Below, piece after piece: positions 38,925-54,546 of a DNA stretch of 64,000 nt. The notes below the pieces were generated by a model. It was not told the origin of the DNA, ran no database searches, and was given only the letters and a program-made list of their open reading frames with translations. Both the position numbers and the translations under genes were made by a program. Each line of letters starts with the position of its first letter. Positions within the stretch are counted from its first letter, which is position 1. Source of the DNA: Amoeboaphelidium protococcarum X5 (taxonomy: Eukaryota > Fungi > Aphelidiomycota); the NCBI GenBank assembly GCA_023515725.1, contig JALDTO010000251.1:310001-374000 (forward strand). The letters run 5' to 3'.

Positions 38925-39456
38925 TTTGTCTTTTGTTATTCAAAGATTGTTTAAAAGGAAAAAAGTTTGGGAGTTGGTCGCCTTGAAGGAAATGTAAAAA
39001 GCTCGTCTATTTTGCTATGTTGGAAAATTTCTCACTTTAGAGAGTAATTGTTGAAAGTGAAAAGCATACGAATGCTTCATAATGTGTTTACTTTGTTCAT
39101 TTGCATTCATTTCATATTTTCATTCGGGCCAACTTTTTCATAAATCTCTTAAATTCTGGTGTAACACTCTCAGCGATCAAGCTTTTAATCTAAGGATCCA
39201 CTGTGACCTTTTCAACGTTACATTTGAAGTAATACAATTTCTCGTGATCACGGCTTGACCAATCAAAGATCGCACGCGTGTTACGGGGATTGTTTGAACC
39301 AATAATTGGGCATAGATCACGTTATATTTCATTCACATTTTAGTTCGTCTGCTGTAGTAGCAATTAACGTAGTAGTTTAAAATAATCCTTTCGCTGTCTT
39401 TATCTTCCTAAGTATTAATCCTTTAAGGCTAGATAAAACTAATAGACTGTACGAAA

Positions 39457-41076
39457 ATGAGATTTAATCGCGCAATTGAGATATGTTCATTACTGATTTT
39501 GAATTCTGCAGCTTTGCTGATTGATGCTCAATAATTCAACGAGTATCCTAATAGCGCCGTCTGTGTGCTGACTAACGCCATTCGTTATGACATGGGTGGC
39601 TATCAGAGCTACTTCTCCAATAGAGGTAATGGTTATTTTCAGTTTGGATGCTCCTCCACTGGATCGCTCAATTCTTTGTATCCCAGCGATGGATTGACCT
39701 CTGCGAGCTAGGTGCACTCTGTAGATCAGGCGAATTTTAATCAGATGACTCACGACACGCTGGACCCGAATTTGATTTCGAGTTATGGTGGTAGAGCAGA
39801 CTTTGCCGCCCGTATTGGTGCTTATTACAAGGCTAGCAGTGTCGTTGCTGAGAATGTCGCCAATGGTTACTCCCAATTTAATCCTATCGAGGTGGTGAAC
39901 GCCTGGGCCATGTCTGCCGGTCACTGTGTCAATATGGTTGGCTCTTATGATCGCCATGGCTATTCCTCCGTGAGAACAGGCAACACTTTCATGACTTAGA
40001 CTTTTGGCTATGAGGGCACGCGTCCAAGTAATGCCATTGCCTGTGGAAGTCACTTGGCCACTGGAGGCAACGAAGCAGAGTTCATTGTCGCCGTCGACAG
40101 TGGTGCAGTGTCCAGAGTTGATGTCATCGTCGGCAATCAAAGAATTTAGATGCAGACTGTGGTTGGTCACTCCCAGAAAGGTGTATACTCTGCCAAGTCT
40201 TCCGTGTCTTCTGGCTGTACTGATTATCAATTCCAAGCTTATGATGGTAGCGGTCAAGTTATTGGCACCTATCCTCAAAGCGGCTCTCTTTAAACTGCTG
40301 CAGTCGGAAGCTGTCCAGCTAATGCCGGTGCCACTGGAAATCAAGTTAATGCTCCAAACTCTCCTCCTACTGCTGGCGGTGCACCTTCCACCCCGTCAAC
40401 TCAATAGAAAGGTGGTGGTGGTGACAGTAAGCCAGTTGTATTGGATGCTCCATCTGGTCAACCTCAGGCTCCTCGTCCTCCATCCGATAACAAGGCTGAA
40501 CAGGTTCTCAATGCTCCGGGTGCTCCATCCTAGAACAAAACCTCTCCTCAATCCAACTCCTCGTTCCCTCGTCCGCCAACTAACTTCACCAATCAGTTTC
40601 CAGAACAATACTACTCTGCTCCTTCTCCTAATGACAAGGTTGGTAACGCCGCCTCTACCGTCTAGTTTCAGACCAACTCTATAGACCTCAAAAGTCCATC
40701 CACAGTTAGTGGTATTGTGGTTCCTTGTATCATAGTCGCTGCCGTTGTCGCAGCAATGGCCATATATGTGGCAAGGAATGTGAAGCAAGGATAGAAATGG
40801 AATGATCCTGAGACTTTCAGACGTGATGGTGCTACATTGGTGCGAACTCTCACTCGAGGTGGTGGTCGCGGTACATCGCGTCCTAAGCAGCTGCTCAGAT
40901 AGAATAGTAGCCATCTTGATGGTGCCTCTTTCCCACGCGTTGCTGTCTATAAAACGCCAAGCATGCTATCTCGAGTCTCGTCTGACTCTCCCTTGAACTC
41001 TCCTATAGACTCGGCTTTCCCAATGCCGACACCTGCCATTTTGGGCGATGAAACTGATTCAAGATTTAATTATTGA
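39457..41076 (+). CDS. CAP/SCP-domain type I membrane protein with low-complexity stalk, 539 aa
   Basis: Signal peptide; AENVANG..VVNAWAMSAGHCVNM..TQTFG; P/S/N/G-rich stalk; TM SGIVVPCIIVAAVVAAMAIYV. Confidence 0.85.
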
Positions 41077-41135
41077 AGATAGTGAAGTAAAATAAAAATT
41101 TTAGTATTGATATGTTTTTCTCATATTACACCTTC

Positions 41136-42933
41136 TCATTTTGACTAAAATACGATAGCACCGGTGCCGGCTGTGGTCCAAAATATCACCTTTTCCATTT
41201 AATTTCGTTACTGCTAAACCGCAGCGGAAATGTCACTTACACCATACGGAAGTGTTTGAGCAAAATAATACTCTTTTTCAACGCCAGAAATGAAAGACTC
41301 GAGGTTTGGTTTCTTGACCAAGGACACGCAGCATCCACCCCACCCAGCACCGGTCAATCTACTACCAAGAGCACCATTCTTTCTGCATACCGATATCAAA
41401 TAATCCAAATTGGGATGACTGCAATTGAATAAATTTTAGCAGGACTCTTAGCTCTGATTCATCAGTTGCCCCATCTAATGCCACACAGTATCTAGCGCAT
41501 TGTCACCACCGCTCTAACTCTAAGTGTCACAACATTCGCGCATTAGATAAACACGCAATGCTTCACTGAATACATGCTATGAGCGCTTCCATAACTAGAA
41601 CCTTCCCTTTCCCGGTCCATAATCATGGTCAACATCAATAGGAAATTTCTTGTTATCCAGAAATGTTTCCTCCACCTCAGCAACGGACATTTCCAAGATG
41701 TCGGCAATCTCTTACAAAGACAGTCCGTCATTTTAAGAATTCATCATAGCGCCGAATATCTCTGCCGTTATTTTAAGCATGGCCTGCAGTTCAGACTTCA
41801 TCTAAGCAGCGTCAACAAAATCAATCATCTTCTAATCTTATGACGGGGAACCGCCATCTCTAGCCAACATTCGACCGTTAAAAAGTTCCTGGACACTTCT
41901 CAGGGTAGTAACTCCTCGTGTCAAGACATTCTTTTCTCTATGAACAGATGGCTGCATTAGACCCAACTTCTTGGCAAGGACAGCAGCGGCAAGTCTACAC
42001 TCGGCCACACGAAGATTGTAACAATAAGGTGCAGAGACATGTTTGTTAGCTGTTACTAGAGAGTGAGCAATAACAAAGGCATATTCTGTAGCATCCGATG
42101 GAAATTGAACAGTTGTCGGTCTTAGATGCGGGTAGAAGTCAATGAGCAGTGCGTGATCCTTAACGCCAAATATTGAGCACGACTAATCCATACCACCAGA
42201 ATTCACACCCACGAATCTTTCGCTGCGTATAGCGATCTCGGTCAACTTTAGTTTATCAATCTACTTAATACCATTCTGAAGTTAAGTACTGCTGGAACAC
42301 GATTTATATAGTTGATAACAGGCAAGCGCCGAACAGCACACAAAAGCAGATGAAGAAGATACACCAGCTCCATCCGGCACTGTGCCATCAACAAGACAGT
42401 TGAATCCAATTACATCGCCATCACCAACCTTGAGATGCATCAAAATACCCTTCAAACCAGCCAGGAAGTAATTGCTCCATTCATGCTTAGACGCGTCAAT
42501 AGCTAAGTAATCTTGACTACTAGACTAGATGCTGAACTGTCTTGATGGAAACTTTTCAGAGTTCATGTTGGAGACTCGAATACATTTACCATAAGCACCG
42601 GTATCTTAAGTGCCTGAATTCAAACCGACAGCAATGAGAATATCCTTGTCAGCCAGAGCCATTGGAAGCACAGAGTAGTCGCTGTAATCAATGTGCTCAC
42701 CAATTAAATTAACACGACCAGGACTTCTCGCAATGAACATAGGAACCTGTCCATCATAGCGCTTAGCAAACTATTCCTTAAGAGTCTAAAACCTTAATCT
42801 ACACATATGTTATTAAATTTAAATCCTATTCCAACAAACAGTATAGTCAATATTACTTTTGAGCTTCAACGCTATCTTGCGGATAGATATCAGACAACTC
42901 CGATACAACTTGAAATGTGGCACTATCACTCAT
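41136..42933 (-). CDS. GAL1: Galactokinase / GalNAc kinase (GHMP), intron 42799-42856
   Basis: [40 protein letters not shown]. Confidence 0.93.
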
Positions 42934-43376
42934 AACAGCAAAGTTAAATATTATAACGGGATAGGATGTTAAAATAACGAAGTCTAAAGCTCGTGTTTGC
43001 TGAAAAAGATTTAAACAAGAGAGCGATGATTGTGGGAAAGCAGTTCACTCACTCAATCACTTAATGCTCAGCCAGCGCCAGTGCTCTTAGGCTATTATCT
43101 CTCACTCGACACCACAAAGCGCCTCCTTGATCGCGTTTAACTTTTCTGTGCCTGCTCGGCTTAAAGAGTTGCTATCTCGCTCGCTCGGTTTCTCCGTTTT
43201 TGCACTTTCTCGCGCTCGCTCTCTCAAAGCCGCCTCCTTGCCGCACTTTCTCTCTCGCTCTCTCTCTCTTTGCTCTGCTCTGTGATCGGAAAGAACAACA
43301 ACAACAGCAGCAATAGCAAGAAGAAAAGTCGTCAAACATTGACACCTGCTTGCTGAAACAACAACACCACTCTAAA

Positions 43377-45284
43377 ATGACCAACAGTCCTAATGTGTAT
43401 GGTGCAGTATACTCTGGCGTTCATGTGTATGAATTTATATGCCGCGGCATTGCGGTCATGAGAAGACGCTGTGATAATTTCCTGAATGCAACGCAGATTC
43501 TGAAAGTGGCTCAAATTGAAAAGGGTCGCCGCACTAAGATACTGGAGCGTGAGATTCAAGTGCCCAATGCAGTCTTTGAGAAAGTGCAGGGCGGATACGG
43601 CAAGTATTAAGGTACATGGGTGCCGTTCGAGCGCGGTGTCGGCGTGGCCCGTCAGTATGGCGTGGAGGGAATTCTGGCTGACCTGCTCGAGTTTGTGCCG
43701 CCCGAAGGAGAGGAAGATCGCGCCATGTTTGAAGTGACGCCCAGCAAGAAGCGAAAGCTGTCCAATGCCAGTCAGACTGCTGCTGATCGTCCAAGCAACC
43801 CTCAATCCTCCGTATCCAACAGCTAGAATTCACATGTGCAGTCTAACAATAATACCAACAGCAACAATGGTGGCCTTTATGCAAATGCCGCTCCCCCGTC
43901 TAATGCTGAAAAGTACCGCGCCATTTTGATGTCTGTTTTCCTCAACCATGAATCTCATAAAGTGCCTCCGCTATTGACGAATCCCAGTCCACCTGCTGAC
44001 ATGGATGCAGATATGATCATCGATGACCAAGGTCATACTGCTATTCATTGGGCGAGTGCATTGGCTCGGATTACGGCGTTGAGAATGCTTATCGGCAATC
44101 TTGGTGCTGACGTGACTCGCTAGAATTTTAATGGGGAATCTGCGCTTGTTAGAGCTGTGCTGGTGACCAATTGCTTTGAATCTGACTGCTTTGGTGATCT
44201 GCTGGCAACGCTTGGTCCGCGAGTTATCGGTCTTAGAGATAAGAAGGGACGCACTGTGCTGCATCACATAGTCCTAACTGCCGGTATCAAGGGAAGAGCT
44301 TAAGCGGCAAAGTACTACTTGGACACTCTTTTGTAATTTATGCGTGAACCATCTGCCATGCTAGCACCAACTCTGCCGAATGATTCTTCTCAGACATCAG
44401 CTGCCGTATCTCCCGACTTTGTATATATCGAGTCTCTTATTGACATTCAGGACAAGAATGGTGACACGGCGTTGAATATTGCATCCCGCTTGAGTAATCG
44501 CAACCTGGTGGAGATGCTGATCGAGACTTGTAATGCTGACATCTCGCTGCCTAATAGATGTGGACTGAGACCGGTGGATTTTGGTATGGATGATGTTATG
44601 CTCAAGCCAGTGTTTGAGAGATGCCTTGAGCAGTTATAGTCTGGCGATTCATCTTCCTAATTGCCTAGACTTCCATCTACCGTGTCTGCATTCTCTAGTA
44701 TATTGCCACATAATAATAGTAACAATGCAAGCCAACAGACCTTGGTGTCTCATGGTAGTGGCATTGACGGTAATAACAACAATAATTAGATGAAGTCTCG
44801 ACAGTTATCGCAATAATTTGAAGGTGTTATGTCTACTCTGGAACATGATCTGGGTGAGAAGGAGAAGTTATATTTTGATGCTGTTAGTCAGGTGCATTCG
44901 TTGGGTCAAGAGTTGGCGCAGAGTCGAAAGATTATTAGTCTCCTGTCTCAGAAGCTGTCTGAACACGTAAAAGATTAGAATCTATTACAGCTATTGGCGC
45001 AACAGGATTCTGGCAATGTATAGAATAGTAGTATGACTCAGGAGTAGATTTGGGAGACGCGCTGTATGCAGATGGCTGCTATTCTTAAAGCCCACGATAT
45101 TGCTATCACTCCAGATTAGCTTTCATTGTTGTCTGACGCATAAACTGATTAACAGCCATAACAGAATAAGAGTCAAGTGAACGGTGGTGAATAACCATCT
45201 TTGATGCAAGTTGATAACATGTCTGGATTGGAGAATTAAGACAGAGATCTCATGCTGCAAAGGCTACTCAGTATGGACCATTGA
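43377..45284 (+). CDS. SBF/MBF G1/S transcription factor (APSES/KilA-N + ankyrin; Mbp1/Swi4/Res family), 635 aa
   Basis: [25 protein letters not shown] (Q=TAA); ankyrins [31 protein letters not shown]. Confidence 0.93.
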
Positions 45285-45441
45285 AAGGATTTTATAATCG
45301 AGCTTGCGCTTGTATTTTGTTGTTGAATGAACAGTTGTGGAAAGTTGTGGTTTAATTTTATGAATTTATATATTCTCTCCTTATGCTGTATTGATCTATT
45401 TAACAATATTACAAAAAATGCCATATGGTTTACGGAAACAC

Positions 45442-47493
45442 TCAGTGAGTTAGACATGGACCATTTATACAGACTTCCCGTGAACAGTGAGATACGGATG
45501 AGCCACAGTAGCCGAATCTGGAGCAACAAGCGCTAGGATCCTGACATACACCATAACCAACTATACCATTGCCGCAATACTCAAACTCCGGTCCTAGACG
45601 CACTGGCAATGTACGTGACTGAAAACAGAAACCACCCTGACATCCAATACCACAGTGATCGATAGAATTGTCGCACCATCCAGATGATGAACAACACAGT
45701 GATAAATCGCGACACTCACCATTTCCAATATTACCTTGCCCACAGTACTGAGCATTACCTGAGCCAGGTCCACCTAGATCATAGTACTTATCTTCGAACC
45801 ATGCAAAGCTACCATTTGCATAACTGACCCACGGTTCAAGAATGGAGCGGTAAGAATCCACAGCTTTTTATGCACCTAACGCATCGACAACAGCATATGA
45901 GGTGTCAATAGAAACAGTCTGAATGGAGTAATCAAAGCACGGATTATTTAAAACTTCCTACCCCATACCTCCTTCCTCGAGTGGACGCTCTGGTCCTCCT
46001 TGATACTCATAAGTAACAGGATAACCGGAGATGATGCGAAGTTGATCAGTTCCATTTACAGGTGTGATCTGAGTAGGGTCTTGTGGTTGTAAATACTTGA
46101 TACTTTCCCAAGTGTTACCACGCTTGATCGCATTAGCAGACTTCATAGCATTGGCGTGCACAAACATCAACTTTCCATCAGGGCCAAATTGAACCATAGA
46201 ATGACCACAAAATCTTCCTTATCTGACTCTACCAGCCATAGCGGGTGGATTTTCAATGTAATGATACGGTTGATTCAACACTTTCCATGCCAGACGGAAT
46301 GTATCTTTATCACCAAGAAGTATGGTGAAGTAGAACTTGTGCTCCATCTACAGGTACGTTGCGAGAAGCAGCGACTACCAAGATCTTTGCTTATCAATGA
46401 CCAACTGACCAGACTCTTGTTCAAACTCATCATGACACTCCTAGCGAATAATCTTCCATATCGGATTATCATATGGAAATTTCCAGAAATCCTTCCAAAA
46501 GATGGCTCCAGTGGCCTTATAAGCCTCGTGTTGGAATAAAATGGCTGGATCGCGGAGAGCATTATTGTCCGAGTCCATATAGATGACGTGCTAAAACTTG
46601 GTAAGCAGTAGAATCATACTTTTGATCTGGTAATTCCTACTAGAGCCGTACGAGTGAGATATTTGAAAATTCAGTTCAGGGAATTTTGCCGCCTCTACCA
46701 CCACATCTCTAGGCTCAGCTCCAGCCTTGACTAAGAGATCCAGCTGCTCTCTGTCCAGTTCGCCACTAATGTACCACACTTCAATTGGCAGGGAGGTGCG
46801 GTGGTGCTGCTTCAACAAATTCACACTGACAAGACATCGCTTCAGCGAGCCACCACTGGCTGCAAATACAATACCGTATCCGCTATAACCGTATTAATCA
46901 TAATTAAAGCGAGGAAGCTCATCTTTAATATATCGCTCAAGTTCATCAGATTTCTTAGCCAGATCGGACGCGCTCAGAGATTACCACAGCTCTCGATTGA
47001 CAAAATGGGAATTTCTCTCCAAGTGCACTCCACAAGGCTTCCTTATGTTGTTCATATATTCATAATTAACAGTATCGCCTTTCACAATATCAGCACTATC
47101 TTAACCAGACTAATCCATTAAACATTGCCCATCTGAACAATCTCTGCCAACTTCTCCCCACTATCTTAGAGGCATGACCGTATCGCCTTCTTTTCCGTTA
47201 TTGGACAATGCAGCCTGTTACTATTATTCAGTAATACTTACGCGATTAGTTGACAATCTCTCATGCTCATCTTCCTCCTTATTACTATCAGAGTCAGAGG
47301 CCACAGATTGAGTATCTGCTGAAAGAATCAGTGAACTAAAGCCGTTCAATGAACTTTACGATGACTTCGTGTCCATTGGTCGTTGAACCATGAACGAGTA
47401 ATGTATCACTTGATGGAGACCAAATAATATTAACGCGACGAGTGCTACTCTTACCAGCAACTTTTACTTGCTCATAGGCACCATCATTGACAT
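45442..47493 (-). CDS. GT71 (Mnn2-like) alpha-mannosyltransferase with two C-terminal hevein/CBM18 domains, 683 aa
   Basis: Type II anchor; LPIEVW, QIKSM, YMDSDN, FWKDFWK, ESGQLVIDK, GDKDTF, FVHAN; CCSSSGWC and CCSRFGYCG repeats. Confidence 0.88.
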
Positions 47494-47951
47494 AATTATA
47501 TAAATGTACACGGGAGTAAAAGTTTATTAAAGAGAGATAATCAAAGTAAAAAGCCAGAGTTGAGGGTAGGTGATTGATTAACTTTAAAGGGAAATCGATT
47601 TGATCAATAGCTCAAGTGCCTGATTGGACACTGACAGCTATCTAATATATCAGTCAATCAAGTGGGATGTACCAGAATAGTAACACCGAGTTGATGGAAG
47701 GCCATCTAGGGTAGTAACTTTTTATACAATGATAGTGCTTGGAACTTTGGAAGTAGGTTGTTTAAGAAAGCACATGGCGTAACATAAGCGTTTTGCGATA
47801 TGTCATATTTACCCCTGAGTGGAGTAAAATAACCAAGGTCTCTGAATGAATTATAGATCCTCCCCACTCATCCACCTTAGCATTAGCGCAAATCTCTTAA
47901 TTTCTGTCTGATTGTTATCAAGAAATTTAGAACGAAAGTCGCAAATTTAAT

Positions 47952-49344
47952 ATGGCTAATATTAAGAAGCAAGTATCTCAATTAGATCCTCATGCTCCAT
48001 CATTGCCTGTCAAATTTCTGGGTATAAATGTGCAATTTCACGCGTTCTATCTGATCAGTGCTCTTGTCATGACTCTTATCGTAAGCACTACTGCGCTATC
48101 ACGCCGTGAAGGACAGTCTTGGTTAGATGACCTTTTTAATGGATCTCCTAAACCCGGTCAATTGGGACTGGGTATATTTGACATGTAAGCTTGTAGTGTT
48201 ATCTAAAGATTGTTCATTTAAGACGTCATTCATATCTGTGTAATTTATACTATGTGTGTTGTGTAGTGTTGGATATACGTTCCCATTCATGTACCCATTT
48301 AGATAGATCAACCCTTCCGTACTCAGCATCATGATACCTTGGGCGTGTTTTATCACACATCTGAGTGGTTAATGGTATTTGATCTATCAGGCGCGTGCAG
48401 CTAAACTGCGCGGCGAGATTGATTGGTCTGATGGTCCTGAGTGGAATCCTTACGCACGCGAGATGCTGCGCTGGAACGTGTTCTTTACCATTGTTCACTT
48501 CTTCTAGACTCACATGTATTATGACGGCCTATCTGCAGTTTTCCCGTCGATTAGTGCTCTGTTTTCTGGTGTCACCTCGCTGGCAGTTGTCTACATATTC
48601 AGATGCAGAACCAGAGGTTTTATTCTTAATTGGACTCCATAGTCTTTCAAATAGGAGATTGATGAATTTGGACTTTTTCTGAAGGAGTATCATGGCTACA
48701 TTTCCATATTCGGTATAACTGTAAACTTCTGGCATCATCCGATGGAAGTCACCCTCAGTCATGCCACCGGGTTCTTTCACACCTTTCTATTATACTATCA
48801 GAGCTCTCTGTTGTACCAGCGCGGTCATTCTTAAAAGTATTGGACATTCTTTCTAGAGATTATGATCTGGGTCCATGGAGCTACGGTGGCATATTGCTAG
48901 AATCTGTTTGATGGCATCTTATTTAAGATGTTCTTTAGCAGTTTCTTGTTACTGGTCTGCCTGGGTCCGATGTGGAGTTTACCTGTCGTGTAAAAGTATC
49001 TGGAGGGTGATAAGTAGAATGTCAAGTATCGTCGTCTGCTCGTTGCTGTCTTTGTACCGTTGACTGTTCTTGTTGTGCTTCTATACACCAATCCGATTTC
49101 ACATTTGAGTTGGATCTGGCAGGTGACTAATCAGCCAATGCTGTACTATCTCCTGTTTGCTTTCTATTACGCGTTTTATAGATTTGGAAAGTGGGTGAAT
49201 TCTGTGGTATTGTAGGGGAAGTTCAAGATGAGTCCCACTTCCAATTTGTATTACTCAGTGTTGGCATTTTTGACTGCATTACCGCTTGCCGTCCTGATGA
49301 CGTCCAGTGCTTTGATTTATGGCAAGATTGCACCGAAACATTGA
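47952..49344 (+). CDS. Uncharacterised His-rich polytopic membrane protein, intron 48185-48266
   Basis: Spliced frame gives HFFQTHMYYDGL, YHGY, FWHHPME, HATGFF, QSSL..H, LEIMIWVHG and many TM segments. Confidence 0.75.
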
Positions 49345-49428
49345 TAATGATAATAATGCTCATAAAATTGAATAATAATAGTCAAACTTTGATATGTCAA
49401 GTTTACATCTAAATCACTCGGTATTCTT

Positions 49429-50913
49429 TCAATTAGAGGATAAATTCAGACACTTGGCAATGTACTCAATTCCCTGATCCATTGCCAACTTAGAATCTTT
49501 ACCAGGAACTAACATGGCATAATCGTGTACTCCAGCAGCAATAGATACCACTTGAATTGACTCATCCCCAGGAGTGCTTAATTCATTGATTCTCTCATGA
49601 AATCTCTTAATGTCAGGGTACAATAGCTCACCATTTCCACAGATAATCATTGATCTGGGTGGCAGATATCGCTTCATCAACTATGGATCAACCATCGCAG
49701 GGGCAACCTGATTAATATTCTCCTTCAGTGGACTCGGAACATCCCGCAGCATAATCTCAACCTCCACCTATTCACGCGAGGATTCCATGTCAGCACGAGT
49801 GGCATCTTCACCCTCAGTTGACTGAAAACTCTCAAAAATACCATAAATGGCCTTTGAATAATAACCATGACTGAACGGATGGATCCACTTGCCACTTATG
49901 AACGCTGCCGAGAAGGCTTTCAAATGGATGGGATGCAGGAAATCATAATTTATGTTGGTAGAATAATAGCGCAATAGACGGGGAAAAGAGAATGGATGCA
50001 CAGATGGACTTATAGTGAGAACTCCAGCAGCTCTACTGATGGAATCTGGTGCAACTGGCTAAGCACTATCGGAGACTGCGAAATCAGTAGACTTCATCAA
50101 AAGATCATCACGCAGTATTCCATCATGGATCAAGACGCTATAAGCCAAATGACCGCCAGCAGAATCGCCCATAATGATAACTTTATGACCAGCACGATGA
50201 AAGTAATTGAAAGCCGAGTAAGCCTACAGCAGAGCATTCGGATAAGTGTGCTCGGGAGCCAAATCATACTCCACACAAACAATTCGTATATTAGTGTACT
50301 TATATCGCTTCTTCATCTGTATCATAATATTGCGCAGGGCCCAAAATGATTATAAAGCTGTCCCTGCACAGAATCCACCACCATGACAGAACAATATCAC
50401 AGCTTCTGGCTCATCAACCTAACGATTATGCATCGGAAGCACAGAGTCGCTACTACCATTAGATCGCTAAAGAGGACCAAAATCACGGCCATTCTTCTTC
50501 CAGTACATCTGTATACCAGTCCAGGCGGCATCATCTTCATCGCCATTAGATTGGACAGCGATACGCGCCAGTCCGATGCGGACAAAAGGCAGAAAATGTA
50601 CAAATCGAGCAAGATAATGACTGAGTTTAGTACCACATCTGATAACATCCAAATCCTGTCTCATGACATGCTCCAAAATATTAATAGTGACAAATTAGCC
50701 AAAAGACCATTGCGGATGCCGTTTATGATGTATATACATCTCTGAACAATGCCCTGATGGCATGGATCGATCTTGTTCATGCGATTTCAAGGTACGAAGC
50801 CAGTCAAACGAACACATACAGAATACCTTAATTGCAACACATGCCATGATAATCACCGTCCAAAGCGGTAAGATAAAGTGCCATAACTTGGTCTTGATAC
50901 TCGAATTGGTCAT
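49429..50913 (-). CDS. Alpha/beta hydrolase, HSL/steryl acetyl hydrolase-like, 494 aa
   Basis: N-terminal TM; HGGGF oxyanion loop; GDSAGG nucleophile; GVHD His. Confidence 0.88.
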
Positions 50914-51225
50914 CCTATGAGCTAAGCGTGAATTTTCAACAACAATAGATGATAAAGAACAAGATCAAAATTCTTTAATCACCATTAGTTTGTCTGATTG
51001 GCTGCTGATTCATTCCGTTTCAGATCGTTCAATCATTAAAAAAGTCAAATTCATCCCTGACTGATTGACTGACTGACTGAAGATTGTTTAATTTATCTCC
51101 GCGTTGAAAGTCGTCTAAAATGTCTGGCATGCAAAAGTTAGATGATATGAAAAATTTCATTACATTACAGCATCATTAAACTAAAAAATATCACCAAATT
51201 TCTCTGTACCGGGTCAGCTTTATCA

Positions 51226-53043
<1,818 letters not shown>

Positions 53044-53663
53044 AATTGATAAATGGGCTGAAACAAAATTTTATATTTACGGAAACAAGCAGGTGACTTG
53101 TTTCAGCGAAAAGGAGCTTACGTGATTTATAAACAACAAGTCAGCGACCCGTTTCAAGTTTGTGCCGTTTTTGCCGAAACGGGAGACTCGCGACGCTAGA
53201 TCTTTAAGCCACTCTCTGGGGATTGCATGAATAAGTCACGCACTCACAGGTGGAAATTCATATACTGAAAGTACGATGATTTTCTATCTCTGAGCTTAAA
53301 CCACTCTAAATGATTGTCAACTCTATCGTTGTGATTTGAGGTTTTGCATACAATAACTGATAAATCACTTCAAGCCATAAGCTAAAAATGTCCGTTCCGA
53401 AATAAATATCAGTCCCAGAATATTGCCATACATTGCAACTCAACATTGTACCCACGCCGATCCGAAATTATCGAGTTAAATAACCAAAGTCGGCCGAGGC
53501 TTTGGGTCTCGGCTCGGTTGGAAAGTCCGCGGCTGTCATTAACAATTTTGTTGATCTCGCGATTAAACTGATTCACACGATCGGCATTGAACTATCAAGT
53601 AAATCTCTTTTACATTCAGCTTATTAACTCCAAGTAAGACATTAAACATTTCACTTTATAGTT

Positions 53664-54383
53664 ATGACTGTTGCAGATCCAACTTGCGAATCTATTGACG
53701 CTAAACGCTTGTACACTGACGTTGTCTACCGTTTTCAGTATCTAGCAAAGTTTGCAGAATTTGGTGAAGATGATATCAAGGCTATCCATGAATCTGCACC
53801 ATTGGTTGAACCTCTGGTACCTGCAATTGTTGATGCGGTGTACGTTAAACTATTCTCTTTTGATTTGACAAAGGCTGTTTTCACTCAAAGAAACGCCTCT
53901 TTCAAGGGGTAAGTGGCTCATAACTTGAAGGATCTGCATCTGGATAATGATTAGATCAAATTTCGGAAAGACTTTCTGGGCAAGTACCTGAAGAAGCTGG
54001 TGACTGGCAAATATGATGACAACTTTGTTAGATACCTGGACTATGTTGGCAAGATCCACACTGACTACTCTGGCAAGGCGTCTAAAATCCAGGTTGAGTA
54101 TATCCATTGCTCCGCTCTGTTCACGTATGTTTCATCGTTCATTGTCCAAGCTCTGATGAACGCGAATCTGCCCAAGGACGTTGAACAGCGCACTGTACTG
54201 GCTTTTAACAAGTTGTTGTGGATACAAAACGATTTCTTTGCCAAGTATTACGTAAAGGATCCAGAACGTCATGGTCTGGGGCTGACTTTTGTGCAAAAGA
54301 ATGACCAAGTGCTGAAAATGGCTGGCGTTACGGCTGTTATTGCAGCCATCGCTGTTGGTGCATTGAAGTTCTTAAAAGATTGA
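53664..54383 (+). CDS. Protoglobin/globin-sensor domain protein with C-terminal TM, 239 aa
   Basis: IVDAVYVKLF, YLDYVGKIH, VEYIHC, AFNKLLWIQND; hydrophobic tail. Confidence 0.88.
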
Positions 54384-54546
54384 AAGATTTTTTCTGTTTG
54401 ATCTTTTGTAAAAGATAATCCGCCATACTTGACTTTAATTATGAGCTTCATCGCCTCTTTTACTGATTTTATTTTTCATTCATCTTGTGCATTTTCGGTG
54501 ATCAATAGGGACCAGCTTATAAATTTTGTGAAATCTTTTTTGCTGT

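Noticed and set aside
39490-40914. Long antisense and alternative-frame ORFs (39490-40344, 40004-40684, 40396-40914)
   Set aside because: Shadows of the CAP-domain gene; no motifs of their own.
43102-43384. Minus-strand ORFs over CT/CAA repeats
   Set aside because: Low-complexity promoter/5' UTR of the SBF gene.
53484-53520. GC-rich hairpin upstream of the globin as a structured RNA
   Set aside because: Short alternative stems only; no family signature.
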